This document shows, piece by piece, positions 53,304-64,000 of a stretch of DNA of 64,000 nucleotides. This DNA comes from Octopus vulgaris (Eukaryota): positions 51,894,001 through 51,958,000 of the forward strand of contig OX597822.1 of the NCBI GenBank assembly GCA_951406725.2, in the 5' to 3' direction. The notes under the pieces are model-generated. The model was not told where the DNA came from. It worked only from the letters and a program-made list of their open reading frames with translations, and did not search any database. Numbering within the stretch: the first letter of the stretch is position 1; each line of letters opens with the position of its first letter. Position numbers and translations under genes: made by a program.

Positions 53304-54325
53304 CACTGGCGAAAATAAATTTAAGACCGATGATAAAAGTTCTATTTCTTATAAAGTATTTTGTTACTAACACCATACAAATTATTTCTATTTTTTACAC
53401 CTTATGCAGAATTTATTTCTCTTTCTAGTGATGCAAATAATAACTATTTTTATACAACTTGAAGAATTCTAATGCTAAATTAATATAAACGTTTCAAATT
53501 TACCGACAAAATTAGTTTAAGACCATATCATTATAATTGTATTTAAAACTTAAGACTGTAGCAAAAATGGACAACAAGAACGAAATACATATTAGTACTT
53601 TGTGCCGTAGCCTTTATTCTTAATAACGGCTGAACAACGCCTCGGCATTGAATTCGCTGAGTGATTACAAAATTCTATGGGAATGTTTTGCCATATTTCA
53701 TTGATATAATCGAATAATTGTTTTAGATTAGATGTTTTTTAGCATGGACTTTTTTTGAAAAATGATTCCACAAGTTCTCGATCGGATTCAGGTCCGGGCT
53801 CTGCGGAGCCCATTCGATTACGTCAATCTTATGGTGATCAAAAAATTCCATAACCTTTTTGGCTTTGTACACAGGAGTATTGTCTTGCTGATAAATAGCC
53901 CCCGGAGGTATTTGGTGAGTCAATTATGACACAACATTATCCTTTAGTAGATTCATATAACTTACACTATTTATCTTTCCATCAACTTTAACTAGAGGGC
54001 CAACACCAAAGCTACTAAATCCCGCCCACACCACCACCCGCATACCTCCCGCTTGCGCCATCTTTTTCACGCATTTCGGATGGAATTCCTCGGTTGGGCG
54101 ACGTCTGACGAATGTTTTACCATCTGATCCAAATATACAGAAGCGTGACTCGTCACTCCAAAAGACCCTGCACCAATCTTCGGCAGTCCATTGAGCATGT
54201 CTTTCTGCGGAATTAAGGTGTTTGTGTCAATTTCTTACGGATATTATTGGCTTTTTCCTAGCGATTGGTCCATGTAGTCCTAATTCTCTCAAACGGTTGC
54301 AGATAGCTTTGGCTGCTTTGGAAAC
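53304..54325 (-). mobile_element. Tc1 (DD34E) transposon, 5'-truncated, with right TIR
   Basis: WCRVFWSDESRF...VWAGFS..GVGPL...QQDNTPVYKAK...WAPQSPDLNPIENLW...SMPRRCSAVIKNKGYGTKY*. TIR TA-CACTGGCGAAAATAAATTTAAGACC, with an inner direct repeat at about 53503-53524. Confidence 0.92.
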
Positions 54326-54334
54326 TTGATAGAA

Positions 54335-55290
54335 GCCGAAAAAAGGTATATGGTGGAGTCCAAGAAGAAAAACATTTGCATTTTTGACGTATGCTTTTCT
54401 TTGCCTTCAATCAAGTTTCCAAAGCTGTCCGAGCTATGGAAAAGGTGCTTTTACTGAAAGAATTGTACAGAATTCTACTTCACAGACCCTCTCCATTATC
54501 TCCGTTGAATGAGCTCATCTACTAGGATCCGTGCCAATCCACTAGGGTATCTCCCAGCAGATTGAATGCTGTCATGGATAACATCGTCTTCCACTCGATG
54601 GACATGGTGTATAAGTGCCACACGCTCTGAACGAAAACGACAAACTCCAGCGCTTGTCTCTCACCATTTTGCTCGCTTGGCACTAATCTATTCTTGATTT
54701 TATTATTGCATCGTCACCGGCGATGGAAATAATTTTCTCTACGTCAATTTGAAGTAAAGGAAAGAATAGCTGGTACTTGGCAAGCAAGCAACAACTCAAG
54801 ACAAGTTAGAACAGCAACTACACAAGACGATGTCCTGCGATAGGTGGGACTGGGAGAGGCTAATCTACTTCTAAATGTTTGAAAACCACCACATGGTCAA
54901 TGATTTACGTTTTACAAGGCAATCCAATTACAACAATATGACTAGTGACATCGCATATTTCTTCAACACAAAAGCACTCCAGCTCACTATTTTGAGCACA
55001 CATGCTATTCCAGAACTCGGTGGGAAGGTTCTACCATATCCATCGTATTCTCCTGTATAGTAACTTCAGATTTGTGCATTTTCGCTAGTTTTCCAACCGT
55101 CTGAGAAGAGTATCATTCGACAACGACGTGAAACCGAAAACGTGGGTCAATGAATTCTGCGAGTCAAGACCGGGAGATTTCTTCCATCGAGGCATTGACT
55201 AGTTAGTGGAACATTTGGTAAGACGTCGTGATCTGTGAAGGAGCATATAGTGGTTCTAAATTTTGACACGAGGACACGAATGTATCTGTC
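54335..55290 (+). mobile_element. Degenerate mariner transposase
   Basis: PHALNEN.K.QR, IVTGDG, VLPYPSYSP and FFHRGID motifs occur in the expected order, with many stops. Confidence 0.8.
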
Positions 55291-55309
55291 GACACAATAT
55301 AATAAAGGA

Positions 55310-55392
<83 letters not shown>
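55310..55392. repeat. (GATA)n microsatellite
   Basis: Direct reading. Confidence 0.97.
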
Positions 55393-55795
55393 CACATAGC
55401 TACACAAAGCATTCATACCCATACATATGTAAACATTCATACATGGAAATATGCAGAAACGTACATGATGATATACAAGGAATATAAGCTACATACTGAT
55501 ACACGACATATACATCGACATATAACATACGATATATAAGAAATAGTAAATTTGTTCTTCCTCGATATCGGCCAAATGTAATAATGATGTTTTGTTAAGT
55601 GAATGATTTTTTTTTTTTTTTTGTAATATTTATATCACTCTGCATGTCGAACAGAAAAATGTGTTTATACACTTATGTAAGATATAATAAGCGTGTATTT
55701 TCAAAGTAAATGAGACAGAATGAAGTATAGGAGGTTGGGACTGGTGCACATAAAGCATTAAAAATCAAACGGAAATCTCATATAAGGAGTATTAT

Positions 55796-56315
55796 ATTAC
55801 ATGGAAAAATGCGAGCATGAAAAGTCATATACTTAAGACTATATACCTGGAAAAGTGCAGGACAAGTTATTACACCTGTAAAAGTATAGGACAAGCTACT
55901 AGTTCCAGTAAAGTAAAGAATAAGAAACTTTTTACTTAAAATATTACGGCAAAGAATGCCAGTTCTTCTAATTTATCACTCTTTACAGTTCTCATCTTTT
56001 AAATCTATTGTACAAAACTGTTCAACTAATTTGTAGGTTTGTCTTATTAGTCACTGTTTCTGCATATAAGATAGTAAATTAGCCAAATTCTACTTAAATA
56101 TGTATAGTGTTATTTGTAAACTATAATAAAATAAGTTTTAATATTCAAATTTTAGTTTAAGCTGCAATATTTTAAGTAAAAAGTTTCTTATTCTTTACTT
56201 TACTAGAAGTAATGCCTTGTCCTATATGCTTACAGGTTTAATAACTTGTCCTGTACTTATCCAGGTTAATAATCTTAAGGATATAACTTTTCATGCTCGC
56301 CTTTTTCCATGTAAT
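55796..56315. mobile_element. Inverted-repeat (MITE/fold-back-like) element, ~150-bp arms
   Basis: 55796-55946 pairs with 56166-56315. The arms contain an internal ACCTG.AAA.GT..AGGACAAG tandem subrepeat. Confidence 0.75.
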
Positions 56316-57261
56316 CCATGATTTTTCCAGGCATTGCTGTTATATGATAATTAATAATGTGTCAATTAATAATTTAAGATTTTACCTTATAAAAAACTGA
56401 AAGATAATATTTCAATTTCCATCTAAGTGATGATAATATTTCAACTTTTTCGTGTTTAATTCAAATATATGTTGTGATTGAATCATTTGATGTTACCCAT
56501 CCACACCAAATTAATGGCAATAATTTTTACCATGTTGTTGGTTGCAGTACGGCTCACCAAAAGTTACAAACAACACGACCCCAAAACCATCAGTTACCAG
56601 GCTCACCTTAAGTAACCTAATTTTTCAATATTAGAAGGTCACAGCAATTCATTCAACGAAAGAAATTTCTAATGATTCTGGGATTGGGGGAACCCACCTC
56701 ATTTTTCTCAAACCAAAACAAGGGATCTGCAGCATATTAGGAGGCCAGGGTACTTGATTCTACGCTAAAAATCAATCTTTTTCTTTGTGAAAATCGTGCG
56801 AGTGTTAATATAGAAATTTACCATAATGTTGTTTTTATTTAGCTTCAAATAAACCCTGATACTGCAAACGTATCATCAAAGACTTTCCAGCCTTTTTAGG
56901 GATACTCTAGGACATTGCATACAATGGGCGTGATTTAGGTAGGGGAATACTTTGGCTGCTATTTTTAGCGTGTCGAGCGACCAGGTAGAGGCGCTTTCGA
57001 TTGCGTGATCAGATTTTTTACACATATATGTAATATGTATATATATCATCGGCAGAAGTTAGAGAGTAAGTCAAAAGCTGAGTGTATTGGCACTTATCAA
57101 GCACGGATTTTTCCATTGTCACTCTGCATCTTCTGACGAGATAACTTCTAAAATACAAAATTTTATCAAAAACTTTAAGAATAAAACCTGTTCTATGTGA
57201 CATATTCTACTAGTACCGGAAGTTTGAAAGTGTTTTATTAAAAAATAATTAATTAAATAAT

Positions 57262-57362
57262 CTGTACGTCAGAGTCGAACTCGGCGTAATTTGAACACAA
57301 AAACATAAAGACAGACGAAATACCATTAAGCATTTTCTCCGGCGCGTGAACGTTTCTGCCTT
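57262..57362 (-). mobile_element. SINE family A head fragment
   Basis: AAAGACAGACGAAATACC..TAAGCATTT..CCGGCGCG..AACGTTTCTGCC. Confidence 0.6.
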
Positions 57363-58885
57363 AGAAATTAAGCCTTTATTTTAGAAATATATTCTTTATT
57401 CTTATTGCTAAGAGTTACTCCCTTACTTACTGACATGAAATTTCGTAACATTTTACCTCATAACTCTTTTCCTACTAATCTTTGTTCAATGCGACTAGCG
57501 ATTCTGCATTACTCATGCATGTTCTGATCATTTAAGCCTAAGAAAGGTCTACTTTTAATTTGAAATTAAATAATTTATGTTAATTGAAGATGAACATCTG
57601 CCTTACTGCCCCACCTCGAGGTCGCAGATATTTTGATTAACTTTTTTTCTACTGAACCAAATCGCAAACTATTTATGCCGAAGTGTTGCTGTGGAAGTGT
57701 CCTTTTTAAATTTATTAACAGTTTGTAATTTAGTTGAGAACTTAATTCGGGATGACGCTTGGAATCTGCTGCGATTGACGAAATGATGGACTTAAGAATA
57801 TATTCAACCACTACCGTTGTTGAATGATATAAACGTTTGCATTGTGAAGTTCATATTCAATACATGTGTGAATAGTGTATACAGAGGCAAATGGAAAAGG
57901 TTACAGCATGAGATCAACGAACAAAAATAAACTATGCAAAGAAAAGGAGAAAACAGTGTGAGTGTGTGGCACTAAAAATGCTGTTAAAGTCAAACCTGGG
58001 ACAAACTTGAGTGTTATTTAAAAAGCAAAAATACAAATAGAGCATCTATCGTATTATCTGGTAGATATCTTGAAGAACGGTAGAAATATTTTTCTTTTGG
58101 TCTGGGCATGAAGAAATAAATTATATTTTAGATTTCAATTTCGGAAAACGTGCATTATGATATTGGAATTTTCGAACGCGGAATGAAATCATGTATAAAC
58201 ATTGATATAAGAGATATAGATTCATATTAAAAATTTGATATTGCATCAGAGATACGTTTATCTTCAAAATTCCAAATACATTTCGAGAGCGCAAGTATAT
58301 TTATATTTAAATCTGCGCCGTCTACATTTCAAGAGCGCAAGGATATTTAAATTTAAAAGTATACTCTGTGCATTTTATCTTCTTTCTCCTTTGTAGAAAC
58401 TATATATATATATAATCAAGTTTCCGATGGCATTTAGAAAGTGTGTACTGCTATTAAAAGAATTGCGTTGAGATGAATAATTAAGTATGTAGAAGGGAAC
58501 TAATTAACTCTCGTTAATCTTAATTAATGAAGAGGTGAAATGTATATACAACTGTAAATTCAAAGTTAATTTTTTGGATATTTGGTTGATCATTTGACTA
58601 CTAATGAAGTTCTTTCTAACTAAATTGAGACAGAATCGGATAAACTAAAACATAATACTCACACTAAAAGTTGCGATATATCATAGAATATACTTTTCCT
58701 AGCGTTGCTTGCATAAAAAGGTTAGTTGTTTAAATTCTTGTTTTTCTGCGCTCGCGTGGCACAAACTTTTACTTGTCCAGTCTCAGATGTCGACAAATGC
58801 CATTTAACTTTCTATATATATATATTCTTTTACTTCTTCTTTTACTCATTTGATTGCAGCCATGCTAGAACACCACCTTAATGAG

Positions 58886-59537
58886 TAGGCTGTCCAGTGG
58901 TCAGTCCTCTAAATTTTGTATGTAAAACTATTTTTAATCTTCGGATTTTTTTTAAATATGCTAAGACACTGGTTTTAATTGATTAATATCAATTTCTACC
59001 CTCATTCAATTTTAAATAAAAAATGTTCTCTAGCCGGTAAATTGACTGCTGTAGTTTATTAACTGCAGAGTAGTTTTCCGATCTCAGCGCTCCAAAGTGA
59101 AGACATCTGAAAGATAGACATAAATATAAATTGTAGAACTTTATACATACTGGATTTCGGTTGAGCGTTCTGTATCTAGTTCTGGAAATTGTGTTTTGTA
59201 AACGACAGACTATGCTGATGATCTTGCAGATCTTTGCGTGTCCATTTACGTAAATATTAACAAGTGAAACTAATGGTACATAGGTAATCGTTTTGTATTT
59301 CGTATATTTTCATTTGTCTTGCTTATTTTTACATTTTGGTTTTTTTGATGAGATTTTTCTTGAGATCACATTCTTTGTTGTAATGGCGATTTGACGTCTA
59401 TGTTTAGCATATAGGTTGTCCATTTTTAGTGGTCAGTCCTCTAAATTTTGTATGTAAAGCAATTTTTAATCTTCGTATTTTTTTAAAATATACTAAGCCA
59501 CTGGTTTTAATTGATTAGTATCAATTTCTACCCTTAT

Positions 59538-59546
<9 letters not shown>
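58886..59546 (+). mobile_element. 532-bp-unit element with ~120-bp terminal direct repeats and an internal HHR (retrozyme/pLTR-like)
   Basis: AGTGGTCAGTCCTCTAAATTTTGTATGTAAA... occurs at 58896 and 59428. The element ends in (TA)n. Confidence 0.82.
59210..59283 (+). ncRNA. Type-I hammerhead ribozyme, canonical core
   Basis: CTATG-CTGATGA-T-CTTG-(loop)-CAAG-T-GAAAC-TAATG-GTA-CATAG. Stem I is a perfect 5 bp and the cleavage triplet is GUA. Confidence 0.75.
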
Positions 59547-59598
<52 letters not shown>

Positions 59599-61229
59599 AT
59601 GAATTTACTAATTTGTACCAAGCTAAATCATCAACGTGTCAAGTCCACGTATGTAATATAGTGGGTTAAATTCTCCACAGGACCGAGTCACAATATTGCC
59701 ATAGAAAATATAAAAATATTTATGCATCATATCCTGTAGTTTGGTGCTTCCTTCATGTCCTATAAATATAATTTCTCAATATTATTCCGTTACTTCTGTT
59801 TTATTATACATTCTTAGTTATTGTTATTATTGTATAAACTCATAGTCTATACCTTTGTTATCCAGTTTAATCTTTTAATCTGTAGCAGCTCTTTGTCTTA
59901 TACCATCTCTTCTCACTCTTTGTTGCTGACGTTTATTTTGTAAGACTAAAGTATTTCATTGTTTTATAATCGCAATTTTGTGATCTCTTTTCTCTTGATT
60001 CATTAACAAATCATACTATTATTCTTCGTTCATCTTTTCTTATATTTCTATTTTACTCTTTGGTTTTATTGTCCACTTTTTTTGCTACTCTGTGTAATAC
60101 TTCTGCTCTGACTCTTTCTTTTCATTAACAGCTGTCTCTAATCTTTTCGGATGTCTTTATCTTCTTTGTGATTCCATAGGTTTCTCTTGAGAATGCCTGA
60201 GATTTTGAACATCATAAGTTAGTTTTGCTGTTGTTGCGACTACAAACCGATTTGATTAGCAACGCTTCATATCTTTTGTTCACGCAGCGTATCGCTTGTT
60301 CATTTCTATAGCTAAAAAAATGTAACATTTAATTTCCATTTTAGAATTGTTTCACTTTACTTATGCCATATCTTATCTTTACCTTACTTGCGAAACATTA
60401 CTCCGCGCCTTTGCTTTATCTGGCACCATATTAGTTTAGAATCTCATATATCATTTCCCTTTACATATGTAATCGTAACTATAGTATAGTATATCATAAT
60501 TCTTGAGAACTAAAGAGGGGTAGTTTGATAGAGTATGAATCGATATATGTGTTCAAATATCATCGATATAAGTATATTTACATGTATGTATCTGTATATG
60601 TAAGTGGGTATGTGATCGAATAATGATACAGACTGATTTGGTCCCTTAAACAAAATGAACTACTATTTATAAAATTGCTATTTGATATAATTACTTTGAA
60701 TTCAAACATGTGTGTGTGAGACAGAGTGTGTATGTGAATGTATGTATATGAATCTATCTGAGAATAATCATATAAAGTTTATGTGTATGTGTGTTGGTGC
60801 CATTATATATTGACTTAGAGTAATATATCTGTCCTAAACCAGTCGCGCATGAAATTCCAATATTTTACGCCGTCTGCTATGTACCTCTACTAAAATAAAT
60901 ACATTGTCTTTAACAAACCAGGCTTCTCATATCGCTCTTTAAACCTTGTATATTTTGTGATTGCTCTCTATGTTTTTCATTTTATTTATTTGTTTGGTTA
61001 TTTATTCATTTATTTATCTTATTCTCTACTTTTTTATCCTATGATCTATTCATTAGTCTACTACGATATGATCAGCCGAAACTTTCGAAAGCAAATCTGT
61101 ATGATAAATATTTTTTTTATCTAATATGTATTGATGTTATTGTATTTACTTTATTTTATTGCATTCCTTTTCTAAATTCCTATTTTACTGTTCTCACTTT
61201 CTTAGTGACTTTCTTTCGTATGACATTAA

Positions 61230-62460
61230 AGCATGAATTTGGTGGGAACAAAATTGGGATCTTATCGGTTTAGCTACCAGCATCAGTTCTGTTCGAATCG
61301 ATTTCCTATTCAGTGTAATGATACACTTTTATAGGCTAGTTAATGACGAGAAAGTAATTTTTGCTATAAATCAATAAATACAGAGTTATTAGCAGTTAAA
61401 GTTTGAAAAGTTTGGTAATTTTAGCCAATCGTAAACCACAGACACATTCATGCCTGTGTCGATAATAAGAAGCGGAACATGAGAATTCTTTGTCTCTCAA
61501 CGTGCCTGTTGTCATAGTAACAAGCGAATCCGAGCAGTGTTTGAGAAGTTTTTCATCTGCGAGGAAGCACGTGTTGACAAAATTTGAAACTGGTATTTTG
61601 TATTCTATGTAATTCTGGCAACAAGCTCCAGTAATTTCACTTCTATTATGGAAACATTGAAAACAGAGGAGGATATTTTTAAAACTAAAACCGAAAATTA
61701 AATGTTTGTTTTTAATGCTTAAATGTTTGTTTTTAAGCATATTGCATATTTTGTTCACTCTTATTTTCATATATAACATATAAATGTATGCATATTTTGG
61801 AACATTGTCATTTTATAAGATTTTGCTGGCAAATCTTTAAATTTACATAAACCATAAACATTTATTTACATGAAAGAAAATTACCAGAGAACTTTCGTCT
61901 ACTTCTTCAAAATTTTTCTTTTAAAAATTGTAATATGTTTATCGCATGTAACGTGTTGTTTATCGCATTTGCATTAAATGCATATTGAATTCTTAAATGT
62001 TTGCTTACTCATTTCTTTTTGTCATTGAACATTGAGGTGGTTGATTTGTGTGCTAAAAATTACAGCTAAATATGATTTTTTAGATAAATCTTTTAAATTA
62101 ACATGAACATTTATTTACATGAAAAAAGGTTACCGGAGACATAACACATGTTGTTTACAAATATTAACAAAATGTGCTATTTTCAGGATGTTGACGATAG
62201 AATGTGCAGTCCTGCATAAAATGACAGCTTCCAAGTATTGTTTCCTGACTGAGTGAACATGATCAAAATTTAAACTTCTATAACTTTTTAAAACATATTT
62301 CTGGAAAAAAATGAAATAACTCCAACTATGCAGTTTGAGAAAGTGTATTATTGTGCCCAATTTTAAAATTTTCGGTAAACTTTAATTTTTGAAATGCCGG
62401 CAGCCAAACCGATAAGATCTCAAAATTGTCTGCCGACGTACATACCTCCAAATTATAACT
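61230..62460. mobile_element. Non-autonomous TIR element (~1.2 kb)
   Basis: GATCTTATCGGTTTAGCTACCAGCAT (about 61258) pairs with ATGCCGGCAGCCAAACCGATAAGATC (about 62394-62419). The left end is preceded by TTAA. An internal direct repeat lies at about 61831 and 62086. Confidence 0.65.
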
Positions 62461-62469
62461 ATTCGGCCA

Positions 62470-62885
62470 CTGCACTAGCAACACTTGTCTAGTCTACCAC
62501 TTGACAGATTGAATTTGACTGTCTTGGACTCTCACTACATACGTTCACTCAACCCTGTCAGAGTAAAAACATATATTGTCATATTTCATTAATATATGTA
62601 ACAAACATTAGGGGGTCCAAGAACGGGTCCTTGTGGTACACAAGATGTATCTCACAGGGTGAAGAATGATGTCCTAGAATCGTTACTATTACCATTTTCG
62701 ACCAAGAATGAAGGACTTCAACCATTTAAAAAGATCATCTTTCACACACATGACAAAGAGTTTTGCCATCGGTTGTTTGTGTAGCACAGAATTGAAGGCT
62801 TTAGCAAAGTGAAGGTAGAAAACATCCACCCATGAGCCGCCATTAGTAATTCAGGTGATATCCTCAAGAAACCCAATGTTTTGGC
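62470..62885 (-). mobile_element. CR1-like LINE reverse transcriptase fragment
   Basis: Minus translation WVDVFYLHFAKAFNSVLH...SCVPQGPVLGP.MFVTYIN matches the decayed 'YLDFAKAFDSVPH' and 'GVPQGSVLGP' motifs. Confidence 0.82.
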
Positions 62886-63127
62886 TACAGTTTTAAGCAT
62901 AATTACGCCTTCACCCTCTGCTACTCAAAATATATCCGAAACAGAGACTAAATTTTTGAGTTATATTGTCTGTATAAAAGCAAGAAAATGTCTACATGTG
63001 TGTATGTATGTACGTATGTATGTATGTATGTATGTATGTATAAAACAAATATTTGCATTATGTCATTTACACACGCATACACACACATACACAGACACAC
63101 ACACACACAAACATACACACACACACG

Positions 63128-63166
<39 letters not shown>

Positions 63167-63167
<1 letters not shown>

Positions 63168-63840
63168 AAGGAAATAAGCAACAAAGATGTCCAGGTATCA
63201 GTGCATTACGGCCGTTTCAAGCGGCTCCATTTAATTGATCAATGAAAACATCACATCAATTTGAAATAAACCGCTTTCCTCAAAAATAGACGACCATATA
63301 GATTTCCAGCATATAGGATTCACCATTCTAATTTTTTAGCAAAATGTTCATCAGTACTAGAGACTAAAATAATTATATTGTTTTGAATGTGATAAGGATA
63401 AAGACGAATGTAGCTATAACACCATTCCTCTTTCTTGACCCCCATAATTTCCTTCTGCCACTCTAAATTATAGTAGGCTTTAATTATTTTTCTCTAAATT
63501 TATTCTGCCACAAAAACATAAAAGAGAAGCGATGTAGTTATTTTACTCACTAGTACTGATGAAAAATTTACCAAAATATTATAATGGTATAGCCTGTATG
63601 TTGGAAAACTATATGGTTGTCAGCTTCCGAGGAGAGCGGTTGATTTCAAACTGATCTAATGTTTTCATTGATTGATTAAATAGAGTCGCTTGAAACGACC
63701 GTAAAGCACTGAAACCTGGGCATACTTATTACGTATTTGCTTTTTATTCACCTTACTCCAAGGTGTGCAGACCATACCGGACTGACTTCGTGCCTCAACT
63801 TAAGTACCTAATTCAACTGAATCTTAATTATTTCTTTCAT
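63167..63840 (+). mobile_element. Fold-back element (~210-bp arms) between (TA)n tracts, with an HHR in each arm
   Basis: About 63167-63373 pairs with about 63537-63745. Confidence 0.8.
63623..63707 (+). ncRNA. Type-I hammerhead-like ribozyme
   Basis: GCTT-CCGAGGA-GAGCGGTT-(loop)-AGTCGCTT-GAAAC-GACC-GTA-AAGC. The other arm reads TTGAGGA...GAAAC-GGCC-GTA, implying an ancestral CTGAGGA core and the palindrome ACGGCCGT. Confidence 0.7.
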
Positions 63841-63847
63841 ATATATA

Positions 63848-63889
<42 letters not shown>

Positions 63890-64000
63890 GAAGCATTGCT
63901 TTAAGGGTATTGCGGAAGGAAAGGCCTAACTGGAGTTCTAACCTTCCGAGTTCTTTTACAGGGCTTGGAAAAACTGAAGATCTGCTGCAATAAGTGTGTG

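Noticed and set aside
57133-57240. CTGACGA...AACTTC/GAAGTT...GAAAGTGTTTTA as a hammerhead
   Set aside because: There is no stem I pairing, a 3-nt offset before stem II, and a decayed stem III. It is at best a relic.
63890-64000. Another element after (TA)n with CTGAAGA near the window end
   Set aside because: Truncated by the window edge, so the stems and GAAA half cannot be seen.

Overview
This is AT-rich, microsatellite-saturated eukaryotic non-coding DNA. The SINE repertoire and simple-repeat load look like a coleoid cephalopod (Octopus-like), which is an inference from recall and was not verified. I cannot support any intact host gene; nearly all listed ORFs are translated microsatellites or decayed transposon coding sequence. 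The window holds many decayed elements: a full-length Chapaev3-type DNA transposon (CAC...GTG termini, TTA TSD), Tigger/pogo, Tc1, mariner and piggyBac remnants, CR1-, RTE- and R4/Dong-like LINE fragments, three tRNA-SINE families, and a gag-knuckle (Tx1/L1-like) element nested in a SINE head with a 16-bp TSD. The most striking signal is a dense set of about a dozen unrelated short elements, mostly in (TA)n tracts, built as long fold-back hairpins or partial tandem repeats. At least seven carry minimal type-I hammerhead ribozyme (HHR) motifs with short, mostly palindromic stem III, including core variants (G3-C8 swap, U4C, A6C). Penelope-like RT and GIY-YIG fragments lie alongside them, and a 3' terminal motif is shared across families. 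This points to a diverse family of ribozyme-bearing, (TA)n-associated, non-autonomous Penelope/retrozyme-like elements. Coordinates and alignments were read by eye and may be off by a few bases.
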